A stretch of 64,000 nucleotides of DNA from positions 7,688,001 through 7,752,000 of the forward strand of contig NW_025964372.1 of assembly GCF_023055435.1 (NCBI RefSeq), read 5' to 3'. The notes below the pieces were generated by a model. The model worked only from the letters and a program-made list of their open reading frames with translations. It searched no databases and was not told the origin of the DNA. A program made the position numbers and the translations under genes. This document shows positions 1-10,100 of the stretch, piece after piece. This stretch comes from Haliotis rufescens (taxonomy: Eukaryota). The first letter of the stretch is position 1, and each line of letters begins with the position of its first letter.

Positions 1-322
1 AGCTAACATCACATGAAGACATATATATATATATATATATACGAAAAAATCAGATGAACCATACTCTCAGTCTGGACAGTGTAGACATTCTTCCACCTGC
101 TCTCTAATATTCAAAATAGTCACATAGCGAATATATTTAAATATATCATGTAAGTTAAAACCCATCGATGACAAGGAAGCTCTGAGATAGGACAAATTGC
201 AGATAGAAAATATCATTTTGTACATAAAAGAAATATCATCAAAATGACGACTCTTAGAAATGGACAATAAAATTGTAAGTATTACCAAAACCTAAATAAA
301 AACATGGTGTGGAAAGTCAGCG

Positions 323-362
323 TCATTGAGACTTTCTGGCCGTCATCTTCCTCTGTCGACTC
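323..362 (-). CDS. DOLPP1: DOLPP1 exon 8 (stop-containing)
   Basis: tgtttcag|G AGT CGA CAG AGG AAG ATG ACG GCC AGA AAG TCT CAA TGA. Confidence 0.88.
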
Positions 363-3300
363 CTGAAACAGACACAGGTCAGATGAGGAGGAGGGGGAGA
401 GGAGGGTTCACTTGCATCCCATGCATGTCACAACACATATATACGAGGCCAGCCAATGGAATTAAAGCGCCAATTCCTGAGTTGTAGATGTCTACTGATG
501 GAAATGAGTAAGGGAACACTTCGTCTTAGACACAGTGGGTTTCCTGCCTTTGCCTACCACATACGCGTGGGAAACAATCCACACAAACACATCTCAACAT
601 TTGATTCTGACGTGTTGAATTTGAATGAGCTCTATTGACAGTAAAGCTTATTTCCCTATATGTTTCATTGTTCCCTTATTTGTTTCCATCAGTATATATT
701 CCCCAAACCCAACCTCATCACAATACTGACACATCCAACCTCATCACAATACTGACACATACAACCCCATCACAATGCTGACACACCCAACCCCATCACA
801 ATGCTGACACACCCAACCCCATCACAATGCTGACACACCCAACCTCATCCCAATGCTGACACACCCAACCTCATCACAATGCTGACACACCCAACCCCAT
901 CACAATGCTGACACATCCAACCCCATCACAATGCTGACACACCCAACCTCATCACAATACAGACACACCCAACCCCATCACAATGCTGACACATCCAACC
1001 TCATCACAATGCTGACACACCCAACCCCATCACAATGCTGACACAGCCAACCCCATCACAATGCTGACACAGCCAACCCTATCACAATGCTGACACACCC
1101 AACCCCATCACAATGCTGACACAGCCAACCCTATCACAATGCTGACACACCCAACCCCATCACAATGCTGACACATCCAACCTCATCACAATGCTGACAC
1201 ACCCAACCCCATCACAATGTTGACACACCCAACCCCAAGATGATGTACATATGTTCATCTTATGTTGTACAGCAATACATTATTAATTTATGTAAAAAAT
1301 CAGAGATCTGAGATTTTATTTATTTAGACTAGTTTATGCATCTATGTTTTGACTTTGATAAATTTATGGGACCAGGGTGCAACCTGGTTTTGTCTGGTGC
1401 AACTGGGTTTTCATGTCAACATGCACCTGGTGCTAGTTAAATCAAGTTCCTTAAATCGAGCCCTGATATGTCTTGTCACTTCCAAACAACCCAAATTAGC
1501 AGTTGAATTTCAGGTATGGACACACTTTGAAGAAAAAGACTGTGATGTCCATGGATGCCTAGTGAACGTCTTGTCTGCTGAGTGACTCTCCTAGGTCTCC
1601 CCGAAGTACACAAGATGAAAACTAAAATTATGGTACTCAGAATTAGTCAAAAAGATCTTACAGAGGTAATTGAGTACTTCTTTATCATAGGCTTCTCATA
1701 CAGCAAGTTGTAAATCAGCCTCAACTACAGCCACTAGTCTGAAGCACGAGTCTACTAAAACTCTGTTGTTAGCCATAATAACAACAGTATATACACTAAA
1801 TTCTACACTAAATTCTACTTAAACCGTTGCTATGGCTAGTCGTCTCTAAAGTTTTGGGGACTTGTAAAATAACACCTATCCAGCCTCCTCTTCCTGCCTA
1901 GTTTTGCCATTTATACAACCTCTCTTGTGTTAGATCTATTTAACAGTTTGTGAAACTTGACTATTCTGCACCACAAGAGACCTATGATGCCAGTATGTTT
2001 CTCTCGATCTCGCTCCTATAATAAATGCCACTGTAAACACTGAGAATATGTCTGTTGAATAAGTGAAATAGTGTGGTGTGGTGTGGTGGGGTGGGGGTAG
2101 GTTGTCCATTCAAAAAATCTCAATAATTCTGAGGGTGTCCCCTCTGGATCCGCCACTACTTTTAATACTTGATTACACTTCTGTCAGAGGCTGTGTGAAT
2201 ATAATTGCATGCTTCCCTAAACTACTATCTGGACATTGTAACACTACTTTCCTTATTCCTTATATTATGCCTCACTACGTGACACAGCAACTTAAATGGT
2301 TTGTAAACGACAAAAACATTCACCTTCTAACAACAACCTTAATTGGGTCCAGCACTGGGTCTGATTCATTCCAGTCAGTGAACTTGTTCATAGTTTAGTA
2401 ACAGTTCTTAATATATACCAAGCAAAACAAGTTAAAGAACACCCACAATTGGAAGGCTGTGTGTTGCAATACCCACCAGCCATGACAGATTAACTATAAA
2501 ACAAATTGGTTGTTCTGTAACTTCTTTCGTGTAGCATACATGGAATATTGTTGACTGCAGCATTAAACAACTTCCACTCACTCACTCTTTGGGGTAAACG
2601 TCTGAGACCTGCATCACTTCGGGCTTTCCACCCACATTAAACTGACATGCCTGGATATAACTGGAATACTGTTCAAAGTGGCGTGAAACCAAACTCACTC
2701 ACTCCTTGGGTTTAGTCAACTTTGCTTATGACAGCCTGTATGTGAGGAGTCAACATTACCATGATTACTGATGCAGAACGACCACATGGCTGACACTAAG
2801 GCTTGGCATTGACAGTGATCTTACCTTGCTTCTGTCCTGGATGACGTGTACTCGAACCACATCACATGGGGAATAAGTGTTGAATCTCGTAACATTAACA
2901 GCTCGCCTAAAGGGCTGAAACAAAACATTCAGATATGCAAACAGCATGCTGGTAATCAGTAGTGTCAAGTGTGCTTTACAAACATCAAACTGTTGTAGCA
3001 ATTGTTACTAAATATCAACATGAAAAATACCTTTAGATTATGGGTATCTGGATAAAAAACCTATCCAATGAGTTAAGTTCACAATCATAATGTAATACTG
3101 CGATAACTCTGAAATGACTTACCAAGCTGTTATAAGGGAGATAACTCTGAAATGACTTATCAAGTTGCTATAAGGGAGATAACTCTGAAATGACTTACCA
3201 AGTTGCCATAAGGGAAATGACTGTGATTGACTTACCAATCTGCTACAAGGAGGAGATAACTGTGAAATGACTAACCAATCTGCGATAAGGAGGAGATAAC

Positions 3301-6300
3301 TGTGAAATGACTTACCAAGCTGCTATAAGGGGGAACAACGGAGTGACTACAAACTGCACCACACCAAAATATAGTGTTCCTAGAATGATCCCAGCCACAG
3401 CACCCCAGAACACTTGGCCCAGTGAATGGTATCCCAGATAAACCCTGAAAGACAAACACAGACAGTTATAACCATGGTAAACACAGACAGTTATAACCAT
3501 CATAAACACGGACAGTTATAACCATGGTAAACACAGACAGTTAACCATGGTAAACACAGACAGTTATAACCATGGTAAACACAGACAGTTATAACCATGG
3601 TAAACACAGACAGCTATAACCATGGTAAACACAGACAGTTATAACCATGGTAAACACAGGCAGTTATAACCATGGTAAACACAGGCAGTTATAACCATGG
3701 TAAACACAGGCAGTTATAACCATGGTAAACACAGACAGAAATTACCTGTCAGTAAAGTCACAACAAAAAGATTTGTTTTAGTCAAGTCCCTAAAACTAAA
3801 AGCATGTATGAACCCTATATTGTGTCAGTACATAAATAGTGGCTGTCAGCGTCAGCTGTGTTACACATCTCCCGTCAGTGTCTCCATACTCATTAATCAT
3901 TTTGATGTATATTTCAAGTCAGTGACAGCTGCCGAGACCATGCCATGTGATCCACTTCAACGTGTGGACACAGTTGTCCACTGGCAGGTCACACATGTGT
4001 GTTTCACCTCCACACATGTACTGATCAAGAATATTTGGGGGGATATTATTTGTGCAGTGAAGACTTGAGTTGGTGTACATGTGGACAATACACAAACATA
4101 TGTTGCAAGTAGAGTACTTTTTGAGAAAGAAGTTGTTGTGTTGAGATATAACAATTTCTGTTGCTTAACGCCGCACTCAGAAATATTCCAGCTGTAAGAT
4201 GGCAGTAAATAATTGAGTCTGGGCCACACAATCCCATGATTGACATCATGAGCATCGATCCACGCATTGGGATACAATGACATGAATTAAACAAGTCAGC
4301 GAGCCTGACCATCTGATTCCGTAAGTCACTTTTTATGCCTCATAGTCGCCTGTTACAGCAAGCATGTGTTGCTGGAGACCTATTGTCTACCCAGATGTTC
4401 ACGGGTCTATAGCCACTGTAGACAATCTGATTAACAAACAACTCCTCCTTCTAGACCTGCTCTCACCTGCTGTACGACACTAAAGCTGCTACCACGAAGC
4501 CACCAAAGCTGGTTGCATATTTCCATAGATCATCTAACCAGGTATAATTTTTGTACACTCTGAAAAAGAAATAATGATTCATAAATCTTTGCTAAAACAT
4601 ACAAAAGATACATTGGGTGGAAATACTATACAGTGGTTGTATTTTCTAATACACCATAATTATTTTTATCTATTTTAGTCAGATTATTGCTTGTATGCTT
4701 GTTAATTAAGCTTGCTTGGATATTGGCATGTTGTAAGAAATAATTCTCCCTTCTGTGGAATTGCATCAATTGCAGTGAAGTCAGTCAATTATGTGTGAAG
4801 TGAGGTGAAATTTTGGCGTATGTGGGTGTGTGGACGTTTTTTGTTTTAACTGTTCTAGTTATTTGGATAATTTTATGCTTAATTTTGATATTTGGGACTC
4901 CCAAGTGAGCTCGAGACAACCAGGAATTCAACACATACAAGTGTGACACACCGACATTCGAGTGTAACTGCTTTTTAAATGATGATCCAATATGTGTTTT
5001 GTTTTCCTGGCAGTTTCCGGATAGTGAGTGAGTTTGGACTGACATCCATTTAGAACAGTATTTCAGTTATATCACGGCATGTCAGATGTTCATCTGACTC
5101 CTAAATGTTTACCAGTTTAGAGAAACCCACAAAACCAAGGACATCTTCAGAGTGAGCCAGGAATCGAACCCACAGTCAGAGGTCGGCATGCCAAGGGGAT
5201 GCAACTCTGCACACTGACTTACAGAGCTTAGACAACACTCAAAACAGACGTCTGATGGTAGTATTCATTCTCAATGGACCACTTCAATAGGACCATAAAA
5301 CAGCGGTACATAACTGGCACTAAGGGACGGAATAATATCTTGCGACATCTGGTACAAATAAATGCATTTTTTCTGTCTCATACTCCAGTAGGGGTAGAAC
5401 ACATTTATTTTAATCACTTTTTTACAGATGACATTTTTCATTCATAGTAAAATATGAAATACTTCTTACCTGATAAATAGGAAAAATGTAAGATACATAG
5501 AAAAGAACCACATGAACTGCGAATGACTTGATGGCATTCCATATTCTGAGAAAACATTTTTTCTATCTGAAAAAGAATGAAATTAGAATAAGAATCAGAA
5601 CACATCTGTGCCAATGAGTGAGTGAGTGAGTGAAAGTTGTTTACTCTCTTAATCTCCAAATTAAGGCCTTAAAATGATTTAATCTGGACCAGGCAGAGTA
5701 GTGTAGTTTGAAATTAACAATCCACACTGTAGAGGAGGCATAATAACACACAGTTGGCTAGATTACCATGGAGTTCTGTACCATTCTATTCTAAGAAACT
5801 GGAATCTGATTGGTCCAGTCCTGCTGACACTCACCTCTGATTGGTCTGTATTCTCTTATGATGTGTTTTAGTACCCAGTTGATTGCCTCATTAACCAACA
5901 TACCCAGGAAGAAGGAAATCTTAAACAAAGAGGGGATCACAATTCTGACAAAATCGTCATAGAAAATGCATATTGTGCACAATGCATCATTTACGGTGCT
6001 TTTTAACATTTTGAAACTACCATAAAATGCCAATAAACCAAGTTGTACTCAAAAGAAACATATATACCACAATGGGCAGGTATTTTCAATAATTTTAGTT
6101 AATTTATTCATTCATTACTGACTGGTTTGTTTGTTATTGTTTTCATAAATCCCAAGTGATTGTACTCACGGTGTGCAAATCTCTTCTGAAGATGATGAGT
6201 GTGACAAAGGCCACCAGAATGAATATTGGCAGTAGACTGAGCCATGCCAAGCCGTACCCAATAATATCACCTGCAGAATGATAAATACCACATTAATTAT

Positions 6301-6815
6301 CATTGCAATATTCACATAGGTCTATACTTCAGTTCTATCACAGTTTGCATGATTTAACTGATCAGTACCAAAAGATATAATTACAAATTTAAAATAGACC
6401 TACTTTTTACTTTCTAATTTACGTTTTTAGAAAAAAGTCTTTGTACGAAATATTTTTTAAATTTCATACAAAATCTAATTGGAGATTTACTATATTTCTA
6501 AAAATACCTAAACAACTAGCACCATATAAGAACGCATTATACTTATTATATTATCCATGGCGAGCAGAATGTGTCTAACGAAAATAGGTGACACGTCATT
6601 TGATTCGATAACATTTTCGAGAGCATACGAGGCACCGGTCCGGAGCATGCATATGGTTTGATTTAAGGTCTATGCATGAAATATTTTAAAATTAGTGTTT
6701 AAAGTGACCTACCCTTGACATATTCCACGTGAGTTAAACTGATCGCTTTCCATTGAAGGGGCGTGTCCGCTTCTTGTCCCGGGATAGTATTCGATTCACT
6801 GCTTGCACTCGCCAT
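323..6815 (-). CDS. DOLPP1: Dolichyldiphosphatase 1 (PAP2-family), 8 coding exons: complement(join(323..362,2825..2914,3316..3444,4467..4559,5470..5566,5835..5919,6170..6270,6713..6815)), 245 aa
   Basis: The spliced translation [10 protein letters not shown]...[14 protein letters not shown]...[30 protein letters not shown]...[17 protein letters not shown]...[14 protein letters not shown]...[16 protein letters not shown]...[14 protein letters not shown]...[13 protein letters not shown] contains the PAP2 motifs KxxxxxxRP, PSxH and SRxxxxxH and matches my recollection of DOLPP1. All introns are GT-AG and the phases sum to 738 nt. Confidence 0.96.
706..1237. repeat. 26-bp minisatellite (ACACCCAACCCCATCACAATGCTGAC), ~20 copies, DOLPP1 last intron
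   Basis: Period of 26 read directly from the sequence. Confidence 0.95.
2825..2914 (-). CDS. DOLPP1: DOLPP1 exon 7
   Basis: [30 protein letters not shown]; tttcag acceptor, gtaaga donor. Confidence 0.93.
3102..3333. repeat. ~38-40-bp minisatellite built from the DOLPP1 exon 6 / intron junction, 6 copies
   Basis: Unit GATAACTSTGAAATGACTTACCAAGYTGYTATAAGGGA; the last copy overlaps the real exon end and donor. Confidence 0.9.
3316..3444 (-). CDS. DOLPP1: DOLPP1 exon 6
   Basis: [42 protein letters not shown]; tttcag / gtaagt. Confidence 0.94.
3454..3738. repeat. 25-bp minisatellite (AAACACAGACAGTTATAACCATGGT), ~11 copies, abutting the exon 6 acceptor
   Basis: Direct inspection. Confidence 0.95.
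4155..4408 (-). mobile_element. SINE-like family B (GACCCGTGAAG... head, (CAAA)n tail)
   Basis: Aligns by eye to copies at 16228, 30485, 37138, 38454, 40340, 41793, 52858, 53906, 54628, 56583 and 57836. Confidence 0.85.
4467..4559 (-). CDS. DOLPP1: DOLPP1 exon 5
   Basis: [31 protein letters not shown]; tttcag / gtgaga. Confidence 0.92.
5022..5240 (-). mobile_element. SINE family C (B-box GGTTCGATTCC, (CACT)n tail)
   Basis: Related to 7745-8005(-), 10465-10740(+), 45163-45426(+) and a partial copy at 2600-2705(+). Confidence 0.7.
5470..5566 (-). CDS. DOLPP1: DOLPP1 exon 4
   Basis: [33 protein letters not shown]; tttcag / gtaaga. Confidence 0.95.
5835..5919 (-). CDS. DOLPP1: DOLPP1 exon 3
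   Basis: [28 protein letters not shown]; tttaag / gtgagt. Confidence 0.94.
6170..6270 (-). CDS. DOLPP1: DOLPP1 exon 2
   Basis: [34 protein letters not shown]; ctgcag / gtgagt. Confidence 0.95.
6713..6815 (-). CDS. DOLPP1: DOLPP1 exon 1 (ATG at 6815)
   Basis: [34 protein letters not shown]; donor gtaggt. Confidence 0.92.
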
Positions 6816-6930
6816 AGTTGATCAGGGACTGCGCATGCACGGGGATATCCCATTAGTGTTTCCGCTGAATATGGAAGCCTCCGATTGGCCGAGTTGTGTG
6901 GGGATTCCCCAGACGGAATCCCGACGCAAA
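6816..6930. promoter_or_regulatory. Bidirectional promoter between DOLPP1 and QTRT1
   Basis: 115 bp between divergent ATGs and CpG-rich. NRF1-like TGCGCATGCA (6830-6839), CCAAT box as ATTGG (6884-6888), kappaB-like GGGATATCCC (6842-6851) and GGGGATTCCCC (6900-6910), YY1-like AAAATGGCG overlapping the QTRT1 ATG. Confidence 0.85.
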
Positions 6931-7152
6931 ATGGCGACCAAATCGCATGCCTTGTCGTTGCAGGTTATTGCAAAATGTTCAACAACAAAAGCTCGGACAT
7001 GTAAAATGACTCTTCCACACGCAGTTGTTGATACGCCCGTGTTTATGCCAGTGGGAACTCAGGGAACGCTGAAAGGACTTGTCCCGGAACAATTAGCAGA
7101 ACTAGATTGTAAAATAATGTTAGGCAACACATATCATTTAGGAAATCGTCCA
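6931..7152 (+). CDS. QTRT1: QTRT1 exon 1
   Basis: [10 protein letters not shown]...[15 protein letters not shown]...[11 protein letters not shown]|gtgagt. Confidence 0.93.
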
Positions 7153-10100
7153 GTGAGTAAACATATGATTCAAGTCCCTTGATAAATTGTACCCATCGAC
7201 AAGTAGCGTGGCGTTAAATCTATTCATTGTACATATATTTAACATCAAACCGGTAAAAACTTGGTCAAATGATAGAAATATAAGAATAGATAAATTAGGA
7301 TAGAAGTGATTCGACCCGTGGCATTTGATTGCCAATTTAAGAAATTTGTATTTACGTTTGCGTTTCCATATTTCGAAATAAACCCTAGGTCCTCCCAATA
7401 ACGGACTAATGTTTCCTGAACGATGCCACTGATTTCATATTGGTAACAATATTTTTCTGTGTGTGTGTGTTAATGATTAAATAATCAGTCTCTTAAGTTA
7501 TTATTATTATTGACATAATTATTTATAAGAATTGACTTGAATATGCTTTTGTGTTTATGGAGCTATAAACGTAAAACAATTTGGCAATGCACCATTCATA
7601 AATGCAAAATATATTGAAGTCAGTTCTTAAATATCCACGTAGAAATCATGATATATAAATAACCATCTGTAGATTTGGCAGTCAAGTTGACAACCTGTTA
7701 TCACACCTGGTACTACATAAAACACGGATATGAAGTCAGTGAGGGTGAGTGAATGAGTTGAGTGCAACGCTGCTTTGAACAGTATTCCAGTTATATTATC
7801 GCGTGTCAGCATAATGTGGGAGCAAAGCCCAAACTGATGCTGGTCTTAGACATTTGCCACTTTGGTGAAACCCACGAGCACGGGTATGGTGCTGACAAAC
7901 CTAGAAACATGATCCAGGCGAACCAGGATTCAAATCACAGGTTTCAGGCATGCCAAAGGAACGCAACTCTGCACATTGAATTGCAGCGCCAATGTTAGAC
8001 AACTCGCTCACACATGCCCCCAAGGTCAAGAGACACATGTGAAAATCCTAGCTGCGGTTACCCACATCCAGTTATCATTTGATATCTGTTTTCCTTCTGA
8101 AGGCTACGGACCATCCTGTTAGAAAGAACTGCCAGCTTTAAATCCTACAGCCCACTTCTACCATGACTGCTTCTCTGATTCACTATAGGGGCGGTTGGGT
8201 AGCCTAGTGGTTAAAGCGTTCGCTCGTCACACCGAAGACCCAGGTTCGACATGGGTACAATGTGTGAAGCCCATTTCTGGTGTCCCCCGCCGTGATATTG
8301 CTGGAATATTGCTAAAAGCAGCGTAAAACCATACTCACTCACTCACTCACTCACTATAAATCATAAGATGTTATATAAATCTACATACCAATCTGTACTT
8401 TAATCGCTTATCTCCAAATATGTACAATTTTCTTCATATTGAAATGTAGCTGTGAAATCCAGGATCGAAAACAAAAGCTTGTACAGGTTTTGTTGTATTC
8501 AGTACAATGATGTGTGTTTCATTAGTGTTTTGTTTACAGGGTCCAGAGCTTCTGGAAAAAGCTGGGGGACTCCACAAGTTCATGAACTGGGACCGGGCAC
8601 TTTTGACTGTATGTATATAAGATGTGATAAACACACTTTCATATCTAATTCCTAAATCCCCAAGTCTGATTGGGTTTTAACTTCTAATCTTTTAATTATT
8701 CTTTACATTTACTGACACGAATATATGCCATAAAGAAGAACTCAGTCCTACATGGATCCGAGTCCCAGCTGAGTCTGCCATATATCCTTGTCCTACAATG
8801 GATCCGGGTCCCAGCTGAGTCTGCCATATATCATTGTCCTACAATGGATCCGGGTCCCAGCTGAGTCTGCCATGGATGTTAGTCCCAGCTGAGTCTGCCA
8901 TGGATGTCAGTCCCAGCTGAGTCTGTCATGGATCCGAGTCCCAGCTGAGTCTGCCATGGATGTTAGTCCCAGCTGAGTCTGCCATGGATCCGAGTCCCAG
9001 CTGAGTCTGCCATGGATGTTAGTCCCAGCTGAGTCTGCCATTGATCCGAGTCCCAGCTGAGTCTGCCGTGGATCCGAGTCCCAGCTGAGTCTGCCATTGA
9101 TCCGAGTCCCAGCTGAGTCTGCCATGGATCCGAGTCCCAGCTGAGTCTGCCATGGATCCGAGTCCCAGATAAGTCTGCCACGTGTTGTATGTGATGTTAT
9201 TGGTTTGCAGGACAGTGGGGGCTTCCAGATGGTCTCGTTACTGAAACTTGCAGAGATAACAGAAGAAGGGGTTAAATTCCAGTCTCCACATGATGGATCC
9301 GAGATGCTCCTCACACCTGAGAAGTCTATAGAAATACAGAACTCAATTGGTGAGTGGATATTGTGTTATGCCACAATCAGCAACATTCCAGCTATATTAT
9401 GTCAGCCTGTACATAAGGCCGTAGTGAACTAATTGCTAGATTATCATCCCCGCCTGACTCACAACTAACTGCTGAAGGTCGGGGGTTTGATCCATGGCTG
9501 CATCAAACGAAAAGATGTTAAAAAAATGGTATTTGTTGTTACCCCGCCTGGCGCTTGGCATTAAGGGGCCAAACAAGGACTGGTCGGCTTGGAGACAGTA
9601 CACTGTGTCTTAGTGGAGTATCCATGTTAAACTGTGGCATGGTATCTCGGTGGGCTAGCACTATAAAATTGGCATTAGTCCTGACTAGTACAAGCAGCCA
9701 TACAAACATGCATGGACATCGCTATATAAGTGCAATAATCTTGGACGCGACGTTAATCCCTATTTAACCTCAACTCACGGCAGTGGGGTGCTGGGGACCT
9801 AACCCGTGGTCCCCAGGGGCAGAATTCAGTTGGTACAAGTTACAGCTCTGAGAAGTCTTCCAGACATGAAGTGCATCGTTTCTGGAACCTCACCCAGAAA
9901 CCTTTAGATATCTCCAGGGAAGTTTTGTATTTGCTGATGTTTGTTGGTTGTTCATGCCTCACGATGTTGTTGCAGGGGCTGACATCATCATGCAACTTGA
10001 CGATGTTGTTCACAGCACAACAACAGGGCCTCGTCTAGAGGAGGCAATGTACAGGTGAGTCTTACTCTAACAGTTAGAGGATGCCAGACACCTGTGTGCC

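Noticed and set aside
3957-4312. Recurrent ORFs such as [34 protein letters not shown] (also 38547, 41703, 52951, 57744)
   Set aside because: These are translations of SINE family B, not a gene family.
6763-6930. N-terminal extension of QTRT1 from GTG 6763 or ATG 6871
   Set aside because: It overlaps DOLPP1 exon 1 and the promoter motifs. ATG 6931 has the better context and TGT similarity starts just after it. A 20-aa extension from 6871 cannot be fully excluded.
8187-8262. tRNA-Asp-like gene (also 10808, 36000)
   Set aside because: The cloverleaf is imperfect and continues into a shared SINE body and (CACT)n tail; it is a SINE head.
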